Positions 9,426-19,639 of a DNA stretch of 64,000 nt are shown here, piece after piece (position 1 is the stretch's first letter; each line of letters opens with the position of its first letter). The translations under genes were made by a program, and so were the position numbers. This DNA is from Terriglobia bacterium. GTDB taxonomy: Bacteria > Acidobacteriota > Terriglobia > Terriglobales > Acidobacteriaceae. The stretch is from the NCBI GenBank assembly GCA_963803655.1, contig CAWDNR010000006.1:10222-74221 (forward strand), read 5' to 3'. Below the pieces are notes generated by a model. It was not told where the DNA came from. It made no database searches and was given only the letters and a program-made list of their open reading frames with translations.

Positions 9426-10712
9426 ATGACCGAAGCAACTGGTAACAGGAGGACCTCGATGCGTGCGACAGACAAGCCGTTCAACATCGACAAGAAACGA
9501 GTGTACGAAGCGTACAAAGCGGTCAAATCCAATGGCGGAGCGGCCGGCGTGGACGGTCAGACGATCGAGCAGTGCGAAGCCGACTTGAAGAGCAATCTCT
9601 ACAAGATCTGGAACAGAATGAGCTCGGGAACCTACTTTCCTCCGCCGGTGCGAGCCGTTTCCATTCCTAAAAAGACTGGAGGTCAGCGGATTTTGGGTGT
9701 GCCCACGGTAGCGGATCGCGTGGCACAGATGGTGGTCAAGCAAGTCATTGAGCCGAATCTAGACTCCGTATTTCTGACAGATTCCTATGGCTACAGACCG
9801 AGAAAATCGGCACTCGACGCCGTGGGTGTCACGCGAGAGCGGTGTTGGAAGTACGATTGGGTACTAGAGTTTGACATCAAGGGCCGGTTCGACAACATCG
9901 ACCACGAACTTCTGCTACGGGCCATTCGGAGACATGGGACGTGCAAATGGGCGCTGCTGTACATCGAAAGATGGCTGAAAGCACCGACGGTGCAGGAAGA
10001 TGGAACCAGAATTGAGCGAAACCGTGGTACGCCCCAAGGGGGTGTGGTTAGCCCAATTTTGTCGAACACTTTCCTCCACTATGCGTTCGATCTCTGGATG
10101 GCACGGACTCACCCAGATCTCCCGTGGTGTCGGTATGCCGACGATGGGTGGGTTCACTGCCGGAGCGAGCAAGAAGCACAAGCTCTCAAGGCCGAACTTC
10201 AAGCCCGCTTCGCGGAGTGCCGTCTGGAGCTGCATCCGACAAAAACCAAGATCGTTTACTGCAAAGACGGGAAGCGGAAAGGCAAGTACCCGAACGTCAA
10301 ATTTGACTTTCTCGGGTATTGCTTCCGACCCCGTCTGGTTAGACGTTTCCGGGATAATACGCTGTTCTGCGGATTCAATCCCGCGGTCAGCACCACGGCG
10401 ATGAAAGCCATGCGGTCGGCGATACGGGAACTGAATCTTCGCCATCAAACTCAGTTGTCTTTGGACGACATTGCCCGGCAGCTCAACCCACTCCTTCGGG
10501 GTTGGATCGAGTACTACGGGCGATACGCCCCATCGGCACTGTACCCCTTGCTACGGTACGTCAATCAGACGTTATTGGCCTGGGTGATGCGAAAGTTCAA
10601 ACGCTTTAGAGGCCACACGATCCGAGCGGGCCATTTTCTCCAACGGCTTGCCGCGGAGCGAGCGGCTCTCTTCGTTCACTGGAATCTCGGTATGACCGGC
10701 ACGTTTGCCTGA
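9426..10712 (+). CDS. group II intron reverse transcriptase/maturase (RT-C), apparently intact, no endonuclease domain
   Basis: 428 aa. GGAAGVDGQTIEQ, NLYKIWNRMSSGTYFPPPVRAVSIPKKTGGQRILGVPTVADRVAQ, YGYRPRKSALDA, QGGVVSPILSN, YADDGWV, FDFLGY and maturase-like LLRGWIEYYG. Confidence 0.85.
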   Translation: MTEATGNRRTSMRATDKPFNIDKKRVYEAYKAVKSNGGAAGVDGQTIEQCEADLKSNLYKIWNRMSSGTYFPPPVRAVSIPKKTGGQRILGVPTVADRVAQMVVKQVIEPNLDSVFLTDSYGYRPRKSALDAVGVTRERCWKYDWVLEFDIKGRFDNIDHELLLRAIRRHGTCKWALLYIERWLKAPTVQEDGTRIERNRGTPQGGVVSPILSNTFLHYAFDLWMARTHPDLPWCRYADDGWVHCRSEQEAQALKAELQARFAECRLELHPTKTKIVYCKDGKRKGKYPNVKFDFLGYCFRPRLVRRFRDNTLFCGFNPAVSTTAMKAMRSAIRELNLRHQTQLSLDDIARQLNPLLRGWIEYYGRYAPSALYPLLRYVNQTLLAWVMRKFKRFRGHTIRAGHFLQRLAAERAALFVHWNLGMTGTFA

Positions 10713-10715
10713 TGG

Positions 10716-10789
10716 GAGCCGGATGAGCCGAGAGGTTCACGTCCGGTTCTGCGAGAGCCTCGGGGTGAAACTCCCCGGGGCTACTCAAC
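10716..10789 (+). ncRNA. domains V and VI of intron C
   Basis: 10716..10749 GAGCCGGAUGAGCCGAGAGGUUCACGUCCGGUUC: AGC triad, GAGA tetraloop, AC bulge. Domain VI is GAGAGCCUCGGGG...CCCCGGGGCU-A-CUC with bulged A10783 followed by CUCAAC. Confidence 0.75.
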
Positions 10790-11169
10790 CGCACATCAGC
10801 GGGAAGAACAGGTTAGGGCGGTTCGCAGTGAGGCGCAAGACGATCCGCAAACGCATGGGGGCGAAGCTGCGGGAGATTAAGCAGCAGCTCCGTGAGCGAA
10901 TGCATGATCCCGTGCGCCAAACCGGACAATGGCTCAAATCGGTCGTGCAAGGCCACTTCAACTACTATGCGGTGCCGGGGAACCTCGACAGTCTCGGCAT
11001 ATTCCGGGAGCGGCTAATCGGGCAGTGGTGGCGGACACTTCGCCGCCGCAGCCAGAAACGCCCGCTCTCCTGGGAGCGTACTCTTGCCTTGGCTAACCGA
11101 TGGCTCCCTCAACCGCGCGTGCTCCATCCATATCCTGCCGTTCGCTTTGCCGCCAGTCATCCGAGATAA
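10790..11169 (+). CDS. group II intron RT/maturase RT-A, 3' segment (thumb/maturase part)
   Basis: HISGKNRLGRFAVRRKTIRKRMGAKLREIK...GHFNYYAVPGN...VLHPYPAVRFAASHPR. Joins the codon begun at 8050 (a + cg = ACG Thr). Confidence 0.75.
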
Positions 11170-11243
11170 GAACCGGATGCGCTAATCAGCGCCCGTCCGG
11201 GTCCGCGCGGGGGGCAGTCAGCGATGACTGTCCCTACCGCGAT
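11170..11243 (+). ncRNA. domains V and VI at the 3' end of the RT-A intron
   Basis: 11170..11203 GAACCGGAUGCGCUAAUCAGCGCCCGUCCGGGUC (34 nt, two-nt CC bulge). Domain VI is GGGGCAGUCA-GCGA-UGACUGUCCC with bulged A11236 followed by CCGCGAU. Confidence 0.6.
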
Positions 11244-11418
11244 CTCATCACCGAGTTCGCCCGGAACCCCAACGAACTCCGCACATTCCGAAACAATGAA
11301 GTTAAGCATCTAGAGCAGGCCGGGCATGCCCCGGCTCCCCAACCGAGGCGCTAAGGCGTCCGCGGTGGTACGGCCTAAGCAGGCTGGATGCGGCGATAAG
11401 TCGCAAAAGGAATTCCAA

Positions 11419-11694
11419 ATGTCAGACGAGCGTGAGCTTAAACGTGTACCTCGCTGCCTACTACCAGTGAACAACCTCAACCTTGAACCCGAGTACTTCG
11501 GCGAACGGCTAGGCCGCGGCTACGTCCGTGTGCCCTACAAGGCGTGCGGAGTCGAATATGACCGACGCGAGATTGAGGAGTACTCTCATCCGTTCGCGCA
11601 CCACGTTTCCAACTTTATGTGTCCCAAGGGGCACCTTGGCGAAACGCGGCGGCTCTGGGAGCCGGTCAAGGCTGCCGAGAAAGTGGATCTGTAA
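11419..11694 (+). CDS. hypothetical small protein
   Basis: Internal ATG of the 11326..11694 ORF (MSDERELKRVPRC...). No family recognised. Confidence 0.35.
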   Translation: MSDERELKRVPRCLLPVNNLNLEPEYFGERLGRGYVRVPYKACGVEYDRREIEEYSHPFAHHVSNFMCPKGHLGETRRLWEPVKAAEKVDL

Positions 11695-12126
11695 GGGGAC
11701 GAAGGCTAGGTGTTAAGGCGGCGTGGGAATACCGGAGTACGCGCTGCGGCCGCTTCGGAAGATGCATCGGCCGGATAGTTTCGTCTTGGTGCTTTCAAAG
11801 AGTTCCCTGGGGCAAAGCGCATGGAGGGCGTACCACCCTGAAGCCACTGTGCTCAGAGCGCGGGAGGCGACGCCTGCGATTTTCTCCCGACTCCGTGCAA
11901 GGCTTGCCCCTGCGGTCCCAGCCCCCTGCCGGGGGGCTGGTCCAGTTAGTTCCAACCTGAAGGACTGCGCCACGCCGTTAGTTTCCAGAGCCCGCCTCAC
12001 ACATTAGTTCGGGTACCTGACGGTGGGGGCCGGTTTCTCCAGTATCCGTTGCGGAGAGTCAAGTGACCGATACCCATAGTCGTGCAATCAGGAACCTGCC
12101 GGCCTTCCCGGACAGGCCCGGCTTGC

Positions 12127-12519
12127 TCATTCCCTGCATAGGGGACACCACACGACATGGTACTTCACTTCTTTACTAGCTTCGGTTGCCATCTTGTAAC
12201 GGCGATTCAATTCCTCTGCCAGCTCAGGTGGCACCGGGTGATTTGCTAACGACTCTTTCAAACCGTCATACGCTTCCCAAGCGTTGATTTCCTCATTCAA
12301 CAACTTCTGGTGTTCGGAACACTGTCGCGGAAGGCTCTGTGCACTGTACATAACTACTCCAACGGCGTGCATGCAGATTGTACCTGTTACCCGGCTCACG
12401 GAGGTGCTGGGCACTATTCGTCGTTTCGGGGCCGGGCCGATTGCCAGCCCAAGCAAAAGCAGAAGCAACACGTAGGTGGGAAGAGGGCGGTGCGACATTT
12501 CTGAGATTCTCTGACGCAT
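12127..12519 (-). CDS. hypothetical protein with N-terminal hydrophobic anchor or signal
   Basis: 130-aa ORF with LPTYVLLLLLLGLAIG segment. No family recognised. Confidence 0.4.
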   Translation of the reverse strand: MRQRISEMSHRPLPTYVLLLLLLGLAIGPAPKRRIVPSTSVSRVTGTICMHAVGVVMYSAQSLPRQCSEHQKLLNEEINAWEAYDGLKESLANHPVPPELAEELNRRYKMATEASKEVKYHVVWCPLCRE

Positions 12520-12879
12520 CGGAGTTGAATCTCAGCATCCCAGAAGCCGGGCCCCCTGGCCGGTTCGTGCCACCAAATTGGCGGAAGCCAACTTACGGTT
12601 GGTGGCGGCATGACTTCACGCAGTACAACGCGGGATCTCCAAAGCCTCAGCTGTTTCCAAGAAACAGAAAGCAGCCACATCACAGAGTCACTGACTGACG
12701 GGCGTGGTTCAGGACTCGGAAAGGTCGTGAATGAATGAGATCTTCTCCCTAGCGGCACCCTAGAAGGGGCCTACGGCACAGCGTTCGATTCTTCTCTAGC
12801 AACATCTTTCTATTCCCAACAGAACACAACTCGGAATACCCTAGCATCTGTGACGCCGAATCGGAAACGAGGAAAAAGC

Positions 12880-14060
12880 ATGTCCTTTCGATCCGGTCAG
12901 AGCGGTACGGTTGTTTGTAAGGGCCAGATGTGGCACGGACGCTATTACGTCGACATTCCTGGTGAGGAAAGTAGACGAAGGGCTTCTGTGCCGCTAGGTT
13001 CGATTCACACGATGAAAAAGCCTCAAGCCAAGCGGAAGCTGCGAGTGCTCCTGGAAGAGATGGGGTTGAACGAAGACTTGCATCTTGAGCGCACTGAAGC
13101 AGCCGCCAAGACATTTGCCTCTGAAGCCGCGTGGTGGAAAGAAAATCGGCTGTCCATCTTCAAGGCGTCATGCCAGGAAATAATGGGAAGCCATCTAGAC
13201 AAATACCTTACTCCCCGATTTGGTTCTCTGCCGCTTGCGGCGATAGACGAAAAGCGAGTACAGGAATTCATTGCTGACCTGAGACGCACGGAATACAAGT
13301 GGCCGAATGGAGTGAGCAAGGAGCTCAGCCCGAAAACAATGCGAAATCGTTGGAGTGCTAAAGCAGATTCTCGGAGAAAAGGTAGGCAACGAATGGGAGC
13401 TGACGTTCCCTGAGAATCCAGAAACAGAGCAACAGTGCTTCAGCCCGGATGAGATGCGTCAGATTGTCAACGCTGCCAAGGGCCAATGGAAAGTCTATTT
13501 GCAACATTGGCCGGTACGGGAATGCGGTGCGGTGAGGCATTCGGGTTGCATGTCCAAGACATAGACCTCGCGACGGGCAGAATCTATATCCGCCGAAGCG
13601 TCTGGAATGGCAGGAGGTTCTGCCCAAACGAAACGGGGCTACCGGGGGGTCAACATCGAACCTCGTCAGTTGAAATTTTGACTGCACATTTTGGGCACGC
13701 AAGCTCGGAGAGTCTTTCCGACTCGCAACGGCACGCCATTCTGCAAGGGGAACGTGAGGCGCAAGCTGAACCGGATTCTCAAGCGACTGAATTTAGCACC
13801 GGCAGGGCTCCATGCTTTCCGCCATGGTCGCGTCTCGGTACTCCAAAAAAAGGGAGTTCCCGGAGATTTGGTGAAAGACTGGGTGGGACATTCCAACTTC
13901 CGAACAGCATCTCGGTTATACCCATTTCCGGGATGATTTTCGTAAGCAGGTTGCCGCTGAAGGGCTCTATTTCACAGGGAAAAATGGCAGGAAAATTGCG
14001 GTATGGTCCCAATGGTCCCAATTCTCCCATGTTGCAGCAGAATCGGGGGCACCGTAAAAT
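12880..14060 (+). pseudogene. tyrosine recombinase/phage-type integrase, frame broken at least 3 times
   Basis: Pieces lie in three frames (12850..13413, 13355..13564, 13486.., 13691..13936). SAM-like N-domain (FASEAAWWKENR...LDKYLTPRFGSLPLAAIDEKRVQEFI), catalytic pieces TGMRCGEAFGLHVQDID, HAFRHGRVSVL and VGHSNFRT. ATG at 12880 follows AGGAAAAAG. Confidence 0.7.
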
Positions 14061-14087
14061 AATTATTGTTCGGGATTAACCAACAGT

Positions 14088-14164
14088 CGGGGAGTGGCTC
14101 AGCCTGGTAGAGCACCTGGTTCGGGACCAGGGGGTCGGAGGTTCGAATCCTCTCTCCCCGACCA
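14088..14164 (+). tRNA. tRNA-Pro (anticodon CGG), CCA encoded
   Basis: Hand-folded cloverleaf: acceptor CGGGGAG/CTCCCCG, D arm GCTC..GAGC, anticodon stem CCTGG/CCAGG with loop TTCGGGA, T arm GGAGG-TTCGAAT-CCTCT, discriminator A plus CCA. Confidence 0.9.
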
Positions 14165-14346
14165 ACACACGATTACTACCGGTTTACCCGTCAGAACTAA
14201 GCCGCTGGTGCGGCGGAGGGAGAGTCGTGGTGTAGCCGACTAAGAGTGGAAGGGCTAACGTCCAGATCATAGGAAGGAGGCTCCTATGACCCGACTAGCG
14301 TCAACGCGTGGAAGGCAAAATTATGGGGGAAAGAGTACGGCTATTG

Positions 14347-16766
14347 TCACGATTGAGGCAAACCGATTTTGTGCACCAGTTCGGCATACCGCGGATCGGA
14401 GCGGAGAGAATCGAGCGCGAAGTCGGTCCGGAGTTGGACCAAGGTGACGTCGCGTTCCTCGTACGCGGTGTTGAGCCACTCGAAGGCTTGCTCTTTGTCG
14501 CCGAGGTCGGCATAAAGCTCGGCGATTTGGCATGGAGAAACGTATTCGATCTTTGCCTTGCGTTGCGCAAGTAAAACTTCAATTCCCTTGTGCAGAGCGA
14601 CCGGCCATCCGCCGGAGCGGAAGCCTGTGTCCAGAGCGGCTGTGAATTCGGCGTAATTCTTGTCGCCCTCTAATTGAGCGTCGGTCTCAAATTCCTGAAC
14701 GGACTGCGGATATTCATGTTCCGCCCAGTACAAACGCGCCAGCCCGCCGTGCACCGTGCCGAAGGCGGGATTGTCCGCAATCACTTTCTTGTAGATCTCA
14801 ATGGCCTTATCAAATTGACGAGCTGATGTATAAGCATACCCCTGTACGACACCGATGATAGGCGAGAGCGGATCAAGCTCGATGGGCCCGGTTGGCTTCA
14901 TCGATTCCCTCCTGCGCCCGGCCGCCGATGGAGGAGAGTGCTTCGGCAAACCACTGATGGGCGGTGGCGTCACTGGGATCGAGCTCAAAGGCCTTTCTGA
15001 ACTCGGCCTCGCCGCCGGAGAAATCCCAACTGTATAGCATCTTGTTGCTGCCCAGGACCGCATGCGGGCGCGCCAGTGTGGGATCGAGCTCCAGAGCCTT
15101 TTCTGCCGCGGCATTCGCCTTGGGGATGACGTCATTGGGGTCGCTGCCATAATTGGCTCAGCACGCCATAGGCATCCGCCAGTCCTGCATATGCCAGCGC
15201 ATAGCCGGGATCTTTGTCGATGGCTTGATTGAAATAGGAAATGGCGGTCTTGATGTCGGCGCCCGTGCGCTTGTTCCAGTAGTAGCGGCCTTTCACGTAA
15301 AGCTGGTAGGCCTCCGGGTTCTGGGTGCCCTGCTTGGTGACTTGCTGTTTTTCCGTTCCGCTCAATTTCGAGCGCAGCTTCTCCGCGATGTCGCCCGCGA
15401 TTTGCTGCTGCAGGGACATGATGTCCGAGGCTTTGCGCTCATATTGCTCGCCCCAGATTTCCGTGTTGTCCTGCACGCTCGTGAGTTCGGCACTCACCTG
15501 GATCGTGTCGCCGCGTTGCACCACTCTGCCGGTGAGCAAGGCATCGACGGTCAATTCCTTCCCGACTTTCTGCACGTCAATTTCCTTGCCCTTGTAGCGG
15601 AAGACGGAATTGCGGGACTTCACTTTCAACTGGGGCACGTGGGCGAGGCTGGCGATCAATGATTCCGTGAGGCCGTCGCTGAGGTAATCGGCGTCCGCGT
15701 TGCCGCCCACGCTGGCGAATGGGATCACGGCAATGGATCCGATTTGCGAGCGTGCCTGCCTTGCCGCGCCAATACCAAATCCCAGCCGCCGCCATCGCGA
15801 TGAACAGAATAGCCATCGCCGCGATCCAATACTTGCGGGCGTGGGTATTTCGGGCGTGCCAGCCGGCAGGGCTCGCAACTGATTTTCCCGATTCCGTTTC
15901 CCGCTTCAGACGCTTCAAGTCCGCACGCATCTCGGAAGCATGCTGGTAGCGCAGATCCCGGTCCTTCTCCAGAGCCTTGTTGATGATGTCTTCCAGCTTG
16001 GGGGAAGGTCGGGATTCAGCCGTACCGCGGCCAGGGAGCCCGATTCAGGATGGCCTCGAAAATCATGCTGAGCTGTCGCCGCGGAATGGCAGCGCACCCG
16101 TCGCCATCTCGTAGAGCACCGCTCCGAAGGAGAACAGGTCGCTCCGGGCATCCAGTTCTTTGCCGCGCGCCTGCTCCGGCGACATGTAAGCGACCGTGCC
16201 AAGAGTGGATCCGGGGCTGGTCAGGTGCTGTTCATCGATCGTAGCCGCGTCACGTGTGTCGGCCGATTCAATCTGGCTGGCGGAACCGGCGCGGGGCATG
16301 ACCTTTGCCAGTCCGAAATCGAGAATCTTGGCGTGGCCGCGTTCGGTGACAAAGATGTTGGCGGGCTTGATGTCGCGATGAACGATTCCTTTGGAATGCG
16401 CGGCGTCAAGCGCGTCGGCGATCTCAATCGCCAGATTGAGCAGAACATCCGATCTCGAGGGGCTTCCCGGCGATGCGATGCTTCAGCGTCATGCCCTCCA
16501 GAAATTCCATGGCGATGAAAGCCTGCGCCGTCCTGCTCGCCGATATCGTAAATGGTGCAGATATTGGGATGGTTCAGTGCGGACGCGGCCTGGGCTTCGC
16601 GCTGGAAACGGGCCAGGGCCTGCGGGTCGCGAGCAACATCTTCGGGCAGGAATTTCAGCGCGACAAAGCGGTGCAACCGAGTGTCTTCAGCCTTGTAGAC
16701 CACACCCATCCCGCCGCCACCGAGTTTTTCCACGATGCGGTAGTGCGAGATGGTCTGGCCGATCAT
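14347..16766 (-). pseudogene. serine/threonine protein kinase with membrane anchor and C-terminal TPR region, frame broken at least 4 times
   Basis: Kinase N-lobe [26 protein letters not shown] (16221..16766), [10 protein letters not shown] piece (16063..16299), TM plus periplasmic-type domain (15132..15878), TPR region (14347..15150), all colinear on the minus strand in different frames. Confidence 0.75.
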
Positions 16767-16997
16767 TCGGAGATGCCCGGTTTTCGGGTCGCTTCATCTT
16801 AAGGATGCCGGCAGCGGCCAGTCAACGAAAGCGACTCTGGCACGAGTGTGTCGAACCCAGAACACTGCTTTGACCGGGTAACCGTGGAAGTGGTGAGATA
16901 ACTCCCGGATGGTCGGCAAGCTTACCCTAACGGATAGGTAAGGGTTGCCCGTCATCCATTCCCTACCCATATCCCGCGCGGTACAATCGTTAACCTT

Positions 16998-19639
16998 ATG
17001 GCTTTGGCTGCCCGGAACCCGGCTGGGTCCGTATGAGATCACCGTTCTGCTGGGCGCTGGCGGCATGGGAGAAGTCTACAAGGCGCGTGACACGCGACTG
17101 AATCGCATCGTCGCGATCAAGGTTTCCAACGAACAGTTCTCCGAACGCTTCGAACGCGAAGCGCACGCGGTCGCGGCGCTGAACCATTCCAACATCTGCA
17201 CCCTGCATGATGTCGGGCCGAACTACCTGGTGATGGAGTACATCGAGGGCACGCCTCTGAAGGGGCCATTGCCTCTACATCAGGCGCTGAAGTATGCCGC
17301 GCAGATTTGCGATGCGCTCGATGCGGCGCACCGGAAGGGCATCGCGCACCGCGATCTGAAGCCCGCCAATATCTGGTCACGAAGAGCGGGCATCAAGCTG
17401 CTCGACTTCGGACTCGCCAAAATCGGACAGGGCAACAATCCTCCGAGCGACGCCACGCTGACGATGGCGCTCACCGGCAAGAACGAGATCGTGGGCACGC
17501 TCTACTACATGTCGCCCGAGCAGTTGCAGGCGCAGGCCACCGGGCAGGAAATCGATGCGCGCAGCGACATCTTCTCCTTCGGTTTGGTGCTCTATGAAAT
17601 GCTGACCGGGAAGCGCGCGTTTGACGGTTCGTCTCCGGCCAGGGTGATCGCGGCCATCATGGAGCGTCCGGCGCCGTCGATTGGCGACGTCGCGCCTCCG
17701 GCTTTGGACCGTGCTGCTGAAGCGGTGTCTGGAGAAGGATCCGGAGAACCGCTGGCAAAGCACGCGCGACCTGAAGATCGAGCTGGAGTGGATCGCGCAA
17801 GCGCCCGATGAGAATCGCTCGACTGCACCCTCCACGCGCCCGCAGCCCCTGCCCTGGATCGTGCTGGCAGCGCTCGCCCTTATCGCGGCCGCTGCGTCCT
17901 GGATCGCATACCACGCCAAGCGCCCCGCCGAATTGAAGCCTCTGGTGCGGCTGGACGTGGATCTGGGTCGCGACGTTGCGCTGAACGCGCTGGGCGGCTC
18001 TGACGTCATTATTTCGCCCGACGGCACACGCATCGCCTACCTTTCGCGTGGCCATCTTTTCACGCGCAAGCTCGATCAACCGGCAGCCACCGAACTCACC
18101 GTCACGGCGGGCTCGACCAGTCCATTCTTTTCTCCGGATGGCCAGTGGGTCGCCTTTATCGCCGGCGGAAAGGTCAGAAAAATCTCCGTGGAGGGCGGCG
18201 CCGAAATCTCGTTATGCGACGCCGCAGCTTCTTATACCGGTGCCGATTGGGGCGAGGACGGTAACATCATCGCGAGTTTACGCATCTCTGGCGGACTGTC
18301 ACGCGTTTCCTCCACTGGCGGCACTCCCACCCCGGTCACCGAACTTGAGGGTGAAGAACGGACTCACCGCTGGCCGCAAGTCCTGCCCGGCGCCAAAGCG
18401 GTCCTGTTCACCGCCGAGAATTCCACCATCGGCTTTGACGATGCCAAAATTGAAGTGGTGACGCTGGCGGACCGGCACAGGAAAACGCTGCAGAGCGGGG
18501 GAACCTACGGGCGTTATCTAGCTGCGTCCGGAGGTAAGGGTTATCTGACTTATGTGAGCCGGGGAACACTGTTCGCGATTCGCTTCGACCCGGAAAAGCT
18601 GGAGACCTTTGGCTCACCCATTCCCGTGTTGCAGCGGGTTTCGTATTCTGCAATGTTTGGCTCCGCCAAGGTGAGCTTTTCGCGCACCGGAACGCTGGTG
18701 TACAGGAGCCGCGAGATCGACGCCTCACGTGTGGTGATTCAATGGCTGGATGCGGACGGTAAGACACAACCGCTGCTCGACAAGCCTGGCCTTTCGTAAA
18801 TCCCCACTTCTCTCCCGACGGCCAGCGCCTCGCAGTCGCGAACGACGACTCAAGATCGGGGATTTGGATCTACGATATTCGGCGCGACACGTTGTCGCCT
18901 ATCAGCGGAGAGAAGAATGGAACTCACCCGGTGTGGACGCCTGACGGCCGGTATATTGTTTATCAGGCGGGCGATGGGATGTCCTTTGCACGCTCGGACG
19001 GGGGCAGCCGGCCCGAGCTTCTGACCCAGAGCAAGGAATTTCAATATCCCTCGGCCTTCTCACCCGATGGCAAAACTCTGGCCTTCTATCAATCGGGTCC
19101 GCAAGGATTCGAACTCTGGACCGTGCCGGTGGAACGCGAAGGAGAGAAATTGAAGGCCGGAAAGCCGGAGTTGTTCCAGCGCACGATTTTTGGGGACCGG
19201 GGTGCGAGCTTCTCCCCTGACGGACACTGGCTGGCATACAGCTCCAACGAGTCGGGCAGCTCCCAGGTCTTCGTGCGCGCCTTTCCGGACAAAGGCGGTC
19301 AGTGGCAAATCTCAACCAACGGCGGAACGGCCCCCATCTTTTCTGAAATGGCAAAGATCTGTTTTACTTTGATGTCCCGGACGAACGGATTATGGTGGCC
19401 AGCTACTCGGTCAAGGGAGACGCGTTCGTTGCGGAAAAGCCGCGTGTCTGGTCGGGACAGAGTGTAGCTCTCACGCTGAGCGGCTCGGTTGGCGCCCAGT
19501 ACGACGTTGCCCCCGACGGCAAGCGCCTCGCAATTGCCACCTCGCCGGGGGGTCGACGCAGCAGGACGCGGGCCACGTGATCTTCCTCGAAAACTTCATC
19601 GACGAGTTGCAGCGCAAGGTGCCGCTAGATGGCAATTGA
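16998..19639 (+). pseudogene. serine/threonine protein kinase with C-terminal TolB-like beta-propeller, frame broken several times
   Basis: GTRLGPYEITVLLGAGGMGEVYKARD, HRDLKPAN, GTLYYMSPEQ, then FSPDG repeats (17681..18799, 18892..19467, 19392..19580), ending ..ENFIDELQRKVPLDGN at 19639. ATG 16998 is put out of frame by one extra C in GCCCGG. Confidence 0.75.

Larger units (their letters stand above)
8051..10789 (+). mobile_element. group II intron C inserted in the RT-A coding sequence
   Basis: 5' GUGUG, 3' AC, own RT ORF, canonical domain V and VI. UGAAGC (9171..9176) is complementary to the 5' flank GCUUCA (8045..8050). Removing it joins FDFLGF-T-HISGKNR in frame. Confidence 0.75.
5686..11243 (+). 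mobile_element. composite group II intron locus: RT-A intron remnant carrying nested intron C and ORF-less ribozymes B-prime and B
   Basis: GUGCG at 5686, split RT/maturase ORF, terminal domain V/VI at 11170..11243 ending ...CUACCGCGAU. The true 5' limit of the RT-A intron itself is unresolved (see findings). Confidence 0.55.

Noticed and set aside
9426-10712. RT-C as a retron or defence-associated reverse transcriptase
   Set aside because: It is immediately followed by a canonical group II domain V and a domain VI with a branch A. It has a maturase-like C-terminus and sits in an element with GUGUG...AC ends and EBS-IBS complementarity.
11244-11354. Small ORF tail LITEFARNPNELRTFRNNEVKHLEQAGH... 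as the 3' exon of a host gene interrupted by the intron locus
   Set aside because: Joining it to the sequence upstream of 5686 meets a TGA seven codons before the junction, and no start codon lies between. The upstream part of that track ORF is just translated domain V/VI RNA.
11940-12015. Three spaced (A/G)TTAGTT(C/T) motifs as integrase arm-type sites or iterons
   Set aside because: The motif is only 6-7 nt, imperfect, and about 850 nt from the integrase gene. It cannot be distinguished from chance by eye.
12880-19639. Programmed ribosomal frameshifting to explain split integrase and kinase genes
   Set aside because: There are no slippery heptamers or downstream structures at the shift sites. 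Several shifts occur per gene in both directions, and the same phenomenon hits unrelated housekeeping genes. Indel errors or decay are simpler explanations.
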